Assembly: GCA_023898625.1 (NCBI GenBank)
Contig: CP060231.1
Coordinates: forward strand, 84,258 to 148,257
Reading direction: 5' to 3'
DNA length: 64,000 bases
Source: Candidatus Nomurabacteria bacterium
GTDB lineage: Bacteria; Patescibacteriota; Saccharimonadia; Saccharimonadales; JAGQNJ01
Below the pieces are notes generated by a model. It did not search any database. It had not been told where the DNA came from and worked only from the letters and a program-made list of their open reading frames with translations. Shown here piece by piece: positions 19,251-28,667 of the stretch (the first letter of the stretch is position 1; each line of letters starts with the position of its first letter). Both the position numbers and the translations under genes were made by a program.

Positions 19251-20879
19251 TCATTTTTTACAACTATTAATAAACCCCTCGAACAATGATTGTGGCCTGT
19301 TTGGTCTTGAGGTAAATTCCGGATGAAACTGGCTTGCTAAAAAGAATTTATGATTAATAGCTTCTATGACTTCAACTAAGTGATTATCGGGTGATGTTCC
19401 GACAGCGCGAATACCCCAAGATTCGTATTGATCTCTGTAATCATTGTTACATTCATAACGATGACGATGCCTCTCAATAATTTTACTTTTTTTATAGACT
19501 CGCTCCGCTTTGCTGCCCTTAACTAATACGCATGGATAATTACCGAGACGCATACTCCCACCTGTGCCTTCTTTTCCTTTCTGATCAATCATCGTATTAA
19601 TGACTGGGTGTTTTGTGTCTGGATCAATCTCTACCGAATTGGCATCATGCAAACCTGCATTTCGAGCCGAAGCAATCACACTAACCTGAAGACCTAGGCA
19701 AATACCCAAATACGGTAAGTTATGTTTCAAAGCCCACTGCGCAGCTTTTATCTTGCCTTCCACCCCTCTAGATCCAAAACCACCCGGAACCACTATTCCG
19801 TCTACTCGCTTAAATTTAACTGATAAGTTTGTTCCTTTTGTTTCAAGTTTTTCAGCATCTATCCATAAAATATCCAAATTGACTCCTTGCCACCATGATG
19901 CGGACTTTAAGGCCTCGAATACTGACATGTATGTGTCCTGATTATCCATGTATTTTGCAACTACACCAACTGTGACCTTGCTATCAAACTTTGTTTTTGC
20001 ACGATTAACGACTTGATTCCACGATGATAATTGAGGTTTCTTCGTCTTAAGACTCAGCTTACTCACAATATAGTTACCAATACCTTGCTCCTCTAGGGTT
20101 AGAGGAACTTCGTAGACAGTTTTTGCGTTTGGCAAAACTGCGATACCCTCTTCTGCAACACCACAAAAAGCGCTTAACTTACGCCTGACAGCACCATTTG
20201 CAAAATTCTCACAACGTGCTACCAGTAAATCTGGCATTATTCCAATACTTCGTAATTCTCTTGTAGCATTTTGTGCTGGCTTTGTTTTTATCTCTTTACT
20301 TGCTTCTAGGTACGGCAAATAAACTACCTGCACATACAAACAATTTTCTCGCCCAACTTTGCTTGCAAATTCCCTTATTGCTTCAAAAAAGGCAGGACTT
20401 TCGTAATCCCCAACCGTACCGCCAATTTCTACAATATGTACATCAACGTTTTTTCCAGCTTCATCAATATAATCCTGAATAGCGTTTGTTAAATGAGGTA
20501 CGACTTGAACTGTTTTACCAAGAAACTTGCCGGCCCGTTCATCCTCAATCAATTGTCGTAAAATACGACCACTCATTACTGAACTCTTTTGGGTTGTTTC
20601 AATATCTAAAAATCTCTCGTAATGACCAAGATCTAGGTCTGTTTCAGCACCATCAACTGTCACAAAACATTCACCATGCTCGGCAGGATTTAACGTGCCT
20701 GCATCGACATTTAAATAGGGATCTAATTTCTGAATATTAACTTTAAGATTACGAGATTTTAGAATATTACCGATAGATGCAGCAGTAATACCCTTGCCTA
20801 GTCCAGAAAGCACACCACCAGTTACAAAAATATACTTTGTTTGTCGCTTCCCTAAAGCCACAATCTTCCTCCCCTTCAA
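19251..20879 (-). CDS. pyrG: CTP synthase
   Basis: 542 aa. KYIFVTGGVLSGLGKGI, a GATase domain with GICLGLQ, and a HRHRYE region. Confidence 0.95.
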   Translation of the reverse strand: MKGRKIVALGKRQTKYIFVTGGVLSGLGKGITAASIGNILKSRNLKVNIQKLDPYLNVDAGTLNPAEHGECFVTVDGAETDLDLGHYERFLDIETTQKSSVMSGRILRQLIEDERAGKFLGKTVQVVPHLTNAIQDYIDEAGKNVDVHIVEIGGTVGDYESPAFFEAIREFASKVGRENCLYVQVVYLPYLEASKEIKTKPAQNATRELRSIGIMPDLLVARCENFANGAVRRKLSAFCGVAEEGIAVLPNAKTVYEVPLTLEEQGIGNYIVSKLSLKTKKPQLSSWNQVVNRAKTKFDSKVTVGVVAKYMDNQDTYMSVFEALKSASWWQGVNLDILWIDAEKLETKGTNLSVKFKRVDGIVVPGGFGSRGVEGKIKAAQWALKHNLPYLGICLGLQVSVIASARNAGLHDANSVEIDPDTKHPVINTMIDQKGKEGTGGSMRLGNYPCVLVKGSKAERVYKKSKIIERHRHRYECNNDYRDQYESWGIRAVGTSPDNHLVEVIEAINHKFFLASQFHPEFTSRPNRPQSLFEGFINSCKK

Positions 20880-20940
20880 GCTATTACTGCCTTTTTACTT
20901 CTATGATAGTATCACAGGCTCAAATGACCTGCAAATAACA

Positions 20941-22143
20941 TTATTGTTTAAGTTGCTCTTGGGCTTTTTGTAACTGTACATCTTCTTTAGTGTCTTTAGA
21001 GGCCTCGACTTTTACATCTGGTTCGAGACCTTGTTTATCTATACTCTGTCCACTAGGAGTAAACCAATGTGCAATAGTAACTTTCAATGAGGAGCCATCT
21101 GGTAAGTTCTCAACTGACTGGACACTTCCTTTTCCATAGCTCTTAACACCGACTAGTTTCGCCACCTTATTGTCTCTTAGTGCACCAGACACAATCTCAC
21201 TAGCGCTAGCACTTCCACCGTCAATTAAGACAACTGTTGGAACACCCTCGAGTATTGGACTACCCTCCGCGTCATAAGTTTTAATAACAGCACCGTCTCT
21301 TTTCTCCTGAAGGACTGTCTTGCCATCTGGCAACCAAATACTAGACACACCAACTGCTGCGTCTAACAATCCGCCAGGATTACCTCTAAGATCCAAAATA
21401 ATTCCTTTTGCTCCTTGTTGCTTTAATGACTGTGCAGATTCTTTGGCTAGCTGAACAGTATCCTCTGAGAATCGTGTAATCTTTATATATCCAATATTAT
21501 TTTCTAGCATTTTACTCTCAACACTAGGGATTGTAATGTTAGCCCGCTTGATAGTTAATGTAAGATCCTCCTGTTGATTGCGCACGATGCGTAGCTTAAC
21601 GTCAGTACCTTCTGGTCCACGAATCCTCTTAACTACCTCACTTAAGCTTTGGCCATATGTGCTTTGACCATCAACCTCAATAATGGCATCTTTTGCTTTT
21701 AGCCCTGCCTTTTCAGCAGGAAATCCTGCTATTGGCGAAACAACAATTACGGTGTCTTTATCTTTACCCAGTTCTGCACCTATGCCACTAAATGATCCAT
21801 TAAGGTCTTGATTAAATTCTTTGGTTTCTTCCGCAGTCATATATTCAGTATGTGGATCGCCAGTAGCGTTTACCATACCTTTTTTCATGCCGTCTGTTAA
21901 TTTTGTACTGTCTAGTTTTCCGTCAAAATTTTTTCTAAGTATGTCGTAGACCTTTTCTACGGATGCATAGCTTAGATTAGTTGAAAGTTGCCTATTTTGT
22001 GTTGATGGGCTTGATCCAAGCGTAATATTTCCAGCTCCGAGACCATAGCCAAAGCCAAAGATTACAAATATGGCAAGAAATATTAGACTAGCTTTCAGCC
22101 ATTTTTTATTCTTATGCACCTTTTCAATATTCTGATTCTGCAC
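20941..22143 (-). CDS. S41 family C-terminal processing peptidase with PDZ domain
   Basis: 400 aa. N-terminal TM, PDZ (AEKAGLKAKDAIIEVDG), and catalytic region ILDLRGNPGGLL...GGSASASE...KSYGKGS. Confidence 0.9.
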   Translation of the reverse strand: MQNQNIEKVHKNKKWLKASLIFLAIFVIFGFGYGLGAGNITLGSSPSTQNRQLSTNLSYASVEKVYDILRKNFDGKLDSTKLTDGMKKGMVNATGDPHTEYMTAEETKEFNQDLNGSFSGIGAELGKDKDTVIVVSPIAGFPAEKAGLKAKDAIIEVDGQSTYGQSLSEVVKRIRGPEGTDVKLRIVRNQQEDLTLTIKRANITIPSVESKMLENNIGYIKITRFSEDTVQLAKESAQSLKQQGAKGIILDLRGNPGGLLDAAVGVSSIWLPDGKTVLQEKRDGAVIKTYDAEGSPILEGVPTVVLIDGGSASASEIVSGALRDNKVAKLVGVKSYGKGSVQSVENLPDGSSLKVTIAHWFTPSGQSIDKQGLEPDVKVEASKDTKEDVQLQKAQEQLKQ

Positions 22144-22202
22144 GCATTTCTCCCTCTACAAGTTACCCATTAATTATATAGGATTATCCTTGGTTCTTCT
22201 AA

Positions 22203-23360
22203 CTAAAATGCTCGTGTTCTGTAATATAATCGGCCATCAAGATTTGTATTGTATTCTGAAGTATTAAATTGGTTTCCGTTAACACTTTCCACATACATTG
22301 CATGCCCCCAGTATCCGTTCGTACTAATAGCGACGTCTCCAGGTTGTGGAGTTCTAAAAACCGGTATCCCATTGGCGTAAGCAGCTGCTACCCACTTTTT
22401 GGCATCTCCCCAACCAATAGGCGCAGAGCGTCCAGAAGCCATCACTGCCCATGCTGCGTACGATACACATTGCCTAGTACAATACCCCCACTTGTCTGTT
22501 GAGTCCGCACTTATAGGCGGACCAGGACATGGAGCATCTGCCTGACTATGCCCATAATCACGATACGTATAGTCAGCAGGATTTATGGCTCTTATTTGCC
22601 CCGGAAACCGTATAAAATAATATCCACCATCCGTAAAATTCGCACTTCTTTGTGCTGCGATTAATTCTTGCAAGCGAGCAGAGTTGGCTTTAATTTTGTT
22701 ATTAAAATCAGATTGTTGATTTTGATTGTAAGATAACAATTTACTTTGCTCATTTTTGCTGATTGCTAATTTTTCACGTTGTGAATTTTGTTCTTTAACT
22801 AATTTATCAACGCTTTCTTTCTGGGCGTTTAGCTGATGTTTTAGATCATTAATTTTATTGACAGACTCTGATATCTTCGATTTAACTGAATCCCTATATT
22901 GTTGCTTATCAACAAATTCACTCAAGTTATTGCTAGACGCCAACATTTCAATGGTTGACATCTCACCTTCAACATACATTTCTCGTATGTTTTTTCCTAG
23001 TAAATCCCTTTGCTTAGCCAGCTCCTCTTGAACACGCTTAATTTCAGCACTTAATCGATTCTGTTCTGCTGTATTGATCTGCAATTTTGCCTCTAGATCA
23101 GCAATTTCGGCTTGCATTTTATTAATTGCATCCTGATAACTAGTTGCCTCAGCTTGCAATTGAGAGATAGCATTTTGATTATTGGTATTTTCTTGAATTA
23201 ATCTATTAATCTCCTCTTGTGCAGATTCTGCGCCAACATTCCTTACAGGGTATAAGCACCCACCGACCATCAAGACACTTAGTATTACGACCGAAACAAC
23301 CCTAAAACTATACCTTACTAATTTTTTATACGATGACCTTTTACTCTTCATCATTAACAT
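22203..23360 (-). CDS. PcsB-like peptidoglycan hydrolase: TM anchor + long coiled coil + C-terminal CHAP domain
   Basis: 385 aa. The coiled-coil region is paralogous to the upstream M23 gene. CHAP catalytic Cys context is TRQCVSYAAWAV and His context is GHAMYVESV. Confidence 0.8.
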   Translation of the reverse strand: MLMMKSKRSSYKKLVRYSFRVVSVVILSVLMVGGCLYPVRNVGAESAQEEINRLIQENTNNQNAISQLQAEATSYQDAINKMQAEIADLEAKLQINTAEQNRLSAEIKRVQEELAKQRDLLGKNIREMYVEGEMSTIEMLASSNNLSEFVDKQQYRDSVKSKISESVNKINDLKHQLNAQKESVDKLVKEQNSQREKLAISKNEQSKLLSYNQNQQSDFNNKIKANSARLQELIAAQRSANFTDGGYYFIRFPGQIRAINPADYTYRDYGHSQADAPCPGPPISADSTDKWGYCTRQCVSYAAWAVMASGRSAPIGWGDAKKWVAAAYANGIPVFRTPQPGDVAISTNGYWGHAMYVESVNGNQFNTSEYNTNLDGRLYYRTRAF

Positions 23361-23372
23361 AACCCTCTTTGA

Positions 23373-24560
23373 TTAATTCGGTACCATATGTGCATATAAA
23401 CTTATTATACCGTTACTGTGACGTATCATCACATAATATCCGTAGTTTATACTACAAGAGCCTTTACACCCACGCCATATTATTTCACCATCCGCCACTG
23501 CCCTTACTGGCCTACCCGATACACCTGCATAGTCGGTTCCTGTATGATACCCCTTATAGTATATTGAATCAGGGTTACCGTATGACTGCGAAACATAACC
23601 ACCCTCCACAGGTCGACTCCATTCATGTCCTACATAGTTATTCGGATTAAGGTCTACACCATCACTATTGCGTGCTTCAAAGTGTAGGTGTGGGCCGAAT
23701 GACAACCCCGTATTTCCGACAGTACCAATAATATCTCCCCTCTTAACGGGTCCTTGGCTCACTAAGTTCCCTGAAGCAATACTACGCTCCAAGGCCTTTT
23801 GAGCTTCTTGTAATTCTTTAATCTTTGCCTCATTAGCTTTAGTCTTATTATTAAAATCGACTTGCTCAGATTCGTTCATAGCCAATAATTTACTCTGCTC
23901 GTTACGGCTTTGAGCAAGTTGTGCTTTGCTATTTTTTTGTTCTTCAATTTCAACTTCTACTTGTTCTTTTTGGCCTTGTAATTGATGTTTTAAATCATTA
24001 ATCTTGATTACTGACTCACTGATTTTATCCTTTACTGAACTACGATACTGCTGTTTGTCAATGAATTCGCTCAGATTATTGCTAGATGCTAGCATTTCAA
24101 GAGTAGATACATCCCCCTCTAAATACATTGCCCGAATATTATCACCGAGCATCTTCTTTTGTTGAGTTAGTTGTTCCTCGGCCTGCTTTATCTGAGATTC
24201 TAGCTCTTGTTGCCTTTTTTGACTTGCATCAATCGAACGTTGCTTCTCAGCAATATCTTCCTGTAGTTGATCTATAGCATCTTGATAGCTAGTTGCGATA
24301 TCTTGCAACTTTTTAACATTGTCCTTGTTCTCAACATTCTGTTTTTTTAGTTCATCTATCTGATCTTGTAGTGATTGTGCGCGAACATACCTCACCCCAC
24401 CAACACTAGAACCTACGGTAATCATTACTACCACCATAATCAGAACAACTGGTCGCCAACCAGCAACAAGAATAGACAACGATTTGTTTAGTTTTGTTTT
24501 CATTTTGATTTTGGCTTTTATACCACCATAATAGTAACATAACCACGCAAGTGGCTTCAA
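23373..24560 (-). CDS. EnvC-like coiled-coil protein with a C-terminal M23 (LytM) metallopeptidase domain in permuted motif order
   Basis: 395 aa (likely start MKTKLNK at about 24503). The HxH block (GNTGLSFGPHLHFEAR) precedes the HxxxD block (YHTGTDYAG...YVMIRHSNGIISLYAHM), which sits at the extreme C-terminus. Confidence 0.8.
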   Translation of the reverse strand: MKPLAWLCYYYGGIKAKIKMKTKLNKSLSILVAGWRPVVLIMVVVMITVGSSVGGVRYVRAQSLQDQIDELKKQNVENKDNVKKLQDIATSYQDAIDQLQEDIAEKQRSIDASQKRQQELESQIKQAEEQLTQQKKMLGDNIRAMYLEGDVSTLEMLASSNNLSEFIDKQQYRSSVKDKISESVIKINDLKHQLQGQKEQVEVEIEEQKNSKAQLAQSRNEQSKLLAMNESEQVDFNNKTKANEAKIKELQEAQKALERSIASGNLVSQGPVKRGDIIGTVGNTGLSFGPHLHFEARNSDGVDLNPNNYVGHEWSRPVEGGYVSQSYGNPDSIYYKGYHTGTDYAGVSGRPVRAVADGEIIWRGCKGSCSINYGYYVMIRHSNGIISLYAHMVPN

Positions 24561-24619
24561 CTCATAGACACCCCCACTAGATAATTTAAACTTGGTTATA
24601 TACCTTAAGAAAATACTAC

Positions 24620-25564
24620 CTACTTACTAGATTTAAATTTTAGATATCGTCTGGTAGCAATCATTGATGATACGCCACCTATTAATATTCCTATACTCAA
24701 TTGCACCCCTAATATAGGCCAGAAGTGCTCCGCAAAATACTTAGATGCATACTCAATATCAAGTAATCCCAAACTATTAGCCCCGAAAGCAGACGTGGCT
24801 ATCTCAAGTGCTACCTTACATAGAAGCACAGACACAAGCGCAGCAATAATACCATAGATCACAGTCTCTACCACAAACGGACCCCTGATATACCATGTGC
24901 TTGCGCCTAGCAACCGCATAATATTTAGCTCTTCTCGCCTATTAAATATCGCCATCCTAATTGTATTGAATATTATTAGCATTGAGATCACAGCAAATAC
25001 TGCGACTCCCGCTAGTCCGGCTTTCTTAAAAAAAGTTGTAGCTTTCGCAATATTATCTATCGCAGTTTTTCTATCTTTTTGGTACGAAATCTTTAGAATA
25101 AATCTTTCCCAATCTTGCGAATTTATCTCTTTGCTAAGTTCCTCAAGCTTATTAATGTCTTTAGGTTTGATGCGAATTGTCGCCGGTATCGGGTTGCCAT
25201 CGGATTGGCCAATTGACAATCGTAGCTCTATATCTTCTTTATTCTTATCTATAAATTGATCTTTGGCTTCGTCTTTAGATAAATACGAAACACTCTCAAC
25301 ATTGCTCATACCCTTCAGCTTTTCAATAATTATATCCTTATCATTGTTGCTTGTCTCATCTTTAAGATATATTGATATATCTACCTTGTCGGTAATTTGC
25401 TTGATGGTATTAGAAAAAGTAGCATTTGCAATTACCGAAAACAATACTATTGTGAGTGTAATGACCATGACCGCAATTGCGGCAACCGCAAGCCATGCAT
25501 TGCGCACAAAATTCGTAAGACCATTTTTGAAAACTCTAGACAGGGTGATTAACTTACGCTTCAT
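24620..25564 (-). CDS. ftsX: Cell division ABC transporter permease FtsX
   Basis: 314 aa. 4-TM FtsX topology with a large first extracytoplasmic loop. Overlaps the ftsE stop. Confidence 0.9.
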   Translation of the reverse strand: MKRKLITLSRVFKNGLTNFVRNAWLAVAAIAVMVITLTIVLFSVIANATFSNTIKQITDKVDISIYLKDETSNNDKDIIIEKLKGMSNVESVSYLSKDEAKDQFIDKNKEDIELRLSIGQSDGNPIPATIRIKPKDINKLEELSKEINSQDWERFILKISYQKDRKTAIDNIAKATTFFKKAGLAGVAVFAVISMLIIFNTIRMAIFNRREELNIMRLLGASTWYIRGPFVVETVIYGIIAALVSVLLCKVALEIATSAFGANSLGLLDIEYASKYFAEHFWPILGVQLSIGILIGGVSSMIATRRYLKFKSSK

Positions 25565-26244
25565 TACAGTTTATAACCTCCCCCAATTTTGTCGCTCACA
25601 ATTTTACCATCAGAAATCGTCACAACGCGTCTTTTTAACTTATTAACAATTTCTTGGTTATGTGTCGTTAATAGTACTGTTGTGCCATACTTGTTTATCT
25701 TTTCTAAAACCTCTATAACATCCCAAGCGTGTTTAGGATCTAGATTGCCTGTTGGTTCGTCGGCAATAAGTATTTTTGGTTGCCGAGCTATGGCTCTTGC
25801 GATAGCGACACGTTGTCGTTCTCCACCAGATAATTCTTTAGGATAGTTTTTCTCCTTACCACTAAGGCCAACAATATTAAGCACCCTGGGTACAGTATAT
25901 TGAATTTCTTTATTACCCATACCAACAATCTCTAAAGCAAATGCTACGTTTTCAAAAACATTTTTATTCGGCAGTAGTTTAAAATCTTGAAATACAACAC
26001 CTATCTTGCGTCTTAGTAATGGTATTTTCTTGTCCTTAAGACGTTCGTAATCCACACCTCCAACAATAATTTTGCCACTTGTTGGGCGCTCTTCACGTGT
26101 TAGTAACTTTAAAAATGTCGACTTTCCTGCACCACTCTGGCCAACAATTACTACAAATTCCTTTGGTTCAACATGCAAGCTAACTCGATCTAGCGCAGTA
26201 TGCGACTTTCCGTAAACTTTAGTAACTCTATCCAATAAAATCAT
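25564..26244 (-). CDS. ftsE: Cell division ABC transporter ATP-binding protein FtsE
   Basis: 226 aa. Walker A GQSGAGKST, signature LSGGERQR, Walker B ILIADEPT. Confidence 0.95.
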   Translation of the reverse strand: MILLDRVTKVYGKSHTALDRVSLHVEPKEFVVIVGQSGAGKSTFLKLLTREERPTSGKIIVGGVDYERLKDKKIPLLRRKIGVVFQDFKLLPNKNVFENVAFALEIVGMGNKEIQYTVPRVLNIVGLSGKEKNYPKELSGGERQRVAIARAIARQPKILIADEPTGNLDPKHAWDVIEVLEKINKYGTTVLLTTHNQEIVNKLKRRVVTISDGKIVSDKIGGGYKL

Positions 26245-26267
26245 GTAGATTCATTATACCAAATTGA

Positions 26268-27365
26268 TTATGCTTGAGAAATCGAGTTTTGTTCTACTAA
26301 TGCGTCTATTAAGTCATCGAGGTTGCCATCTAGTACCTTATCGGGGTCACTTGATTCATAATGCGTCCTTAAATCTTTGACTTGTTTGTAAGGGTGTAGG
26401 ACGTAATTTCTTACCTGGTTTCCCCATTCAGCAGATTGATTTGGGCCCTTTAAGTCCTGTAACTTATCTTTGTGTTGATCCAATTGAAGTTTAGCGAGCT
26501 TTGAACGTAAAATGGTTAGCGCGGTTTCTTTATTTTGTAACTGTGAACGCTCGTTCTGAATACTGACAGTAATATTCGTTGGCAAATGAGTAACACGTAC
26601 TGCCGAATCGGTTGTATTAACTGATTGCCCCCCATGTCCTCCTGAACGATATACATCAATTTTTAGTTCATCGTGATTAATTTCAACCTCATCAGGTCTA
26701 TCTATTTTGGGCACTACATCTACCTTTGCAAAACTAGTTTGTCGTAAATTATCCGAATTGAATGGACTCAAACGTACAAGTCTATGTACGCCATGTTCTC
26801 CTTTTAATTTCCCATAAGTATAAGGTAGGCCTCCAATAGATAGTGTCGCACTTTTGATGCCTGCCTCTTCGCCAGAAGATTGATCGATCAGCTCGACTTT
26901 TGCTCCAGCAGACTCCGCCCAACGGGTATACATTCTGAGTAGCATTGAGGCCCAATCCTGCGCGTCAGTCCCTCCAGCCCCTGCGTAAATTGATAATATA
27001 GCGTCATGGTCATCAAAAGGATCGCGGAAGGCTAGTTGTTTTTTTAGTTTTTCATATTTTTTTGCTAATTTTGCAAATGATTCGTCTATCTCTGGTGTGA
27101 GCGTGTCATCACCCAGTGAATCTATGTCAACAAGTTCAATTAACGAGGCTTCTAATTTAACCCAAGAATCCGTCTTATTGTGCAAGCTTGCGATGCTCTT
27201 CATGGTCTCTTGTGCAACATTTTGATTGCTCCAAAAATCTGGTTGTTTGCTATCTTCTTCTAAATTCTTTAGTTGCTGTAACTGTTCTTCTATTTTTAAG
27301 ATCTTGATTGACTCTCTGACTTCTTTTTGTAATTGCGTAATCTGAGTCGATAATCCTGACATCAA
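26268..27365 (-). CDS. prfB: Peptide chain release factor 2 (single uninterrupted frame)
   Basis: 365 aa. SPF tripeptide (RLSPFNS) and GGQ motif ([16 protein letters not shown]). Confidence 0.95.
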   Translation of the reverse strand: MMSGLSTQITQLQKEVRESIKILKIEEQLQQLKNLEEDSKQPDFWSNQNVAQETMKSIASLHNKTDSWVKLEASLIELVDIDSLGDDTLTPEIDESFAKLAKKYEKLKKQLAFRDPFDDHDAILSIYAGAGGTDAQDWASMLLRMYTRWAESAGAKVELIDQSSGEEAGIKSATLSIGGLPYTYGKLKGEHGVHRLVRLSPFNSDNLRQTSFAKVDVVPKIDRPDEVEINHDELKIDVYRSGGHGGQSVNTTDSAVRVTHLPTNITVSIQNERSQLQNKETALTILRSKLAKLQLDQHKDKLQDLKGPNQSAEWGNQVRNYVLHPYKQVKDLRTHYESSDPDKVLDGNLDDLIDALVEQNSISQA

Positions 27366-28658
27366 CTACCCCCTTAACCAAAGACCGTCAAGTATTTTAC
27401 TTGAACTATCTACAAACTTCTCTCCACAGCTTCCTAACACTCCAAAACCTTTAATATTCTCCGAAAAAATCGTATTTATGACTGCTTCGAGTTGGTTTTT
27501 AGTAACAGCTTGGATCTTATCTGGAACTTCAAAATAGTCCTCAACCTCTTCTTCGTAAAAATACCTACTGCTATACAGATTGGCAGTGCTCGCAACAGTT
27601 TGTGCACCACGTTGAAAACGACCTAATGCAAACAATTTTGATGCCTTTAATTCATCTTCTGAAAATTTTCCTTGCTTTAGGTTATTTATTTCGGTCAAAA
27701 TTATCTTAAATAGTTCGCCTATATTACCTGGCATAACCTGGGCACCCAACCAAAAGTTTGACGAGCCAAGCAACCTTGCATAATTTGAGCTGACCCCATA
27801 GACTAGTCCTTTTTCTCTAGCTTGACCATAAATTCTAGAATGCAATGTTTCTGTTAGAATAACATTTGCTAGCATCATTGCATAACTTTCACTATCCGTA
27901 ATACGGCGACGTATAAAAGTGTCCAGATAAAAATACATGTTCTCGACAGATGAATTTTCTATATACAGTGGTTTAGGTAAACTGTTGGGGGTTTCGTCAG
28001 GTAATGGAGTGCGGTATCCTTCTGTAGATAGCTCAATATTGGAAAGTAACTTCTCAATTATTTCTTTCCTAGATTTAGTGATATTTCCGGCGATTACAAA
28101 ACGCATGTTTGGCGTTCTATGGGTTGCACTATAGTGTTCGCGGACATCCGAGACGTTAACATTCGACATTAACTGTAGTCGCTCTTGATCGGTTAAAGCC
28201 ACGAATCCATACTCTTTTCGAAGCGCAAGATTAAGATGCCTAAAGTGGTTATTTGATCTTGAAAATAATTCTTCGCGTACATTGCCAAATTCTGAATCAA
28301 ATTCTTCCTGCAAAAAAAGCGGCTTAGAAATAGCCGTTATCAGTAACCCTAATATTCTATCCCATTCGAAATCCGCACATTCCGCCTCATAAGTAATATC
28401 ATAACTTCCTGTGCTAGCATTGGCATACGCACCATTTTTCTCTAATTCTGCTTGAAAATCTCTTGATTTTGGATAAAGTTCGTTGGCGCCTAACAAAATA
28501 TGCTCCATTAAGTGTGGAGTTTCCCACTTTTGATGATCAACCAAGTAATCTCCTGCCCTAAAATTAATTTCGAAAGTCATTACAGTAGCGTCAGGTATAT
28601 GTATCAATAATCCTTTTGATCCATTTGAAAGATCAATTTTTGAAATCTTATGATTCAT
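27366..28658 (-). CDS. M16 family (pitrilysin/insulinase-like) zinc peptidase
   Basis: 430 aa. Inverted zinc motif HLMEH (HxxEH) near the N-terminus. Confidence 0.8.
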   Translation of the reverse strand: MNHKISKIDLSNGSKGLLIHIPDATVMTFEINFRAGDYLVDHQKWETPHLMEHILLGANELYPKSRDFQAELEKNGAYANASTGSYDITYEAECADFEWDRILGLLITAISKPLFLQEEFDSEFGNVREELFSRSNNHFRHLNLALRKEYGFVALTDQERLQLMSNVNVSDVREHYSATHRTPNMRFVIAGNITKSRKEIIEKLLSNIELSTEGYRTPLPDETPNSLPKPLYIENSSVENMYFYLDTFIRRRITDSESYAMMLANVILTETLHSRIYGQAREKGLVYGVSSNYARLLGSSNFWLGAQVMPGNIGELFKIILTEINNLKQGKFSEDELKASKLFALGRFQRGAQTVASTANLYSSRYFYEEEVEDYFEVPDKIQAVTKNQLEAVINTIFSENIKGFGVLGSCGEKFVDSSSKILDGLWLRG

Positions 28659-28667
28659 GACACGAAG

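Noticed and set aside
26268-27365. Programmed +1 frameshift site typical of prfB.
   Set aside because: RF2 is encoded here as one uninterrupted 365-aa frame from its N-terminus, and no in-frame early UGA was seen.
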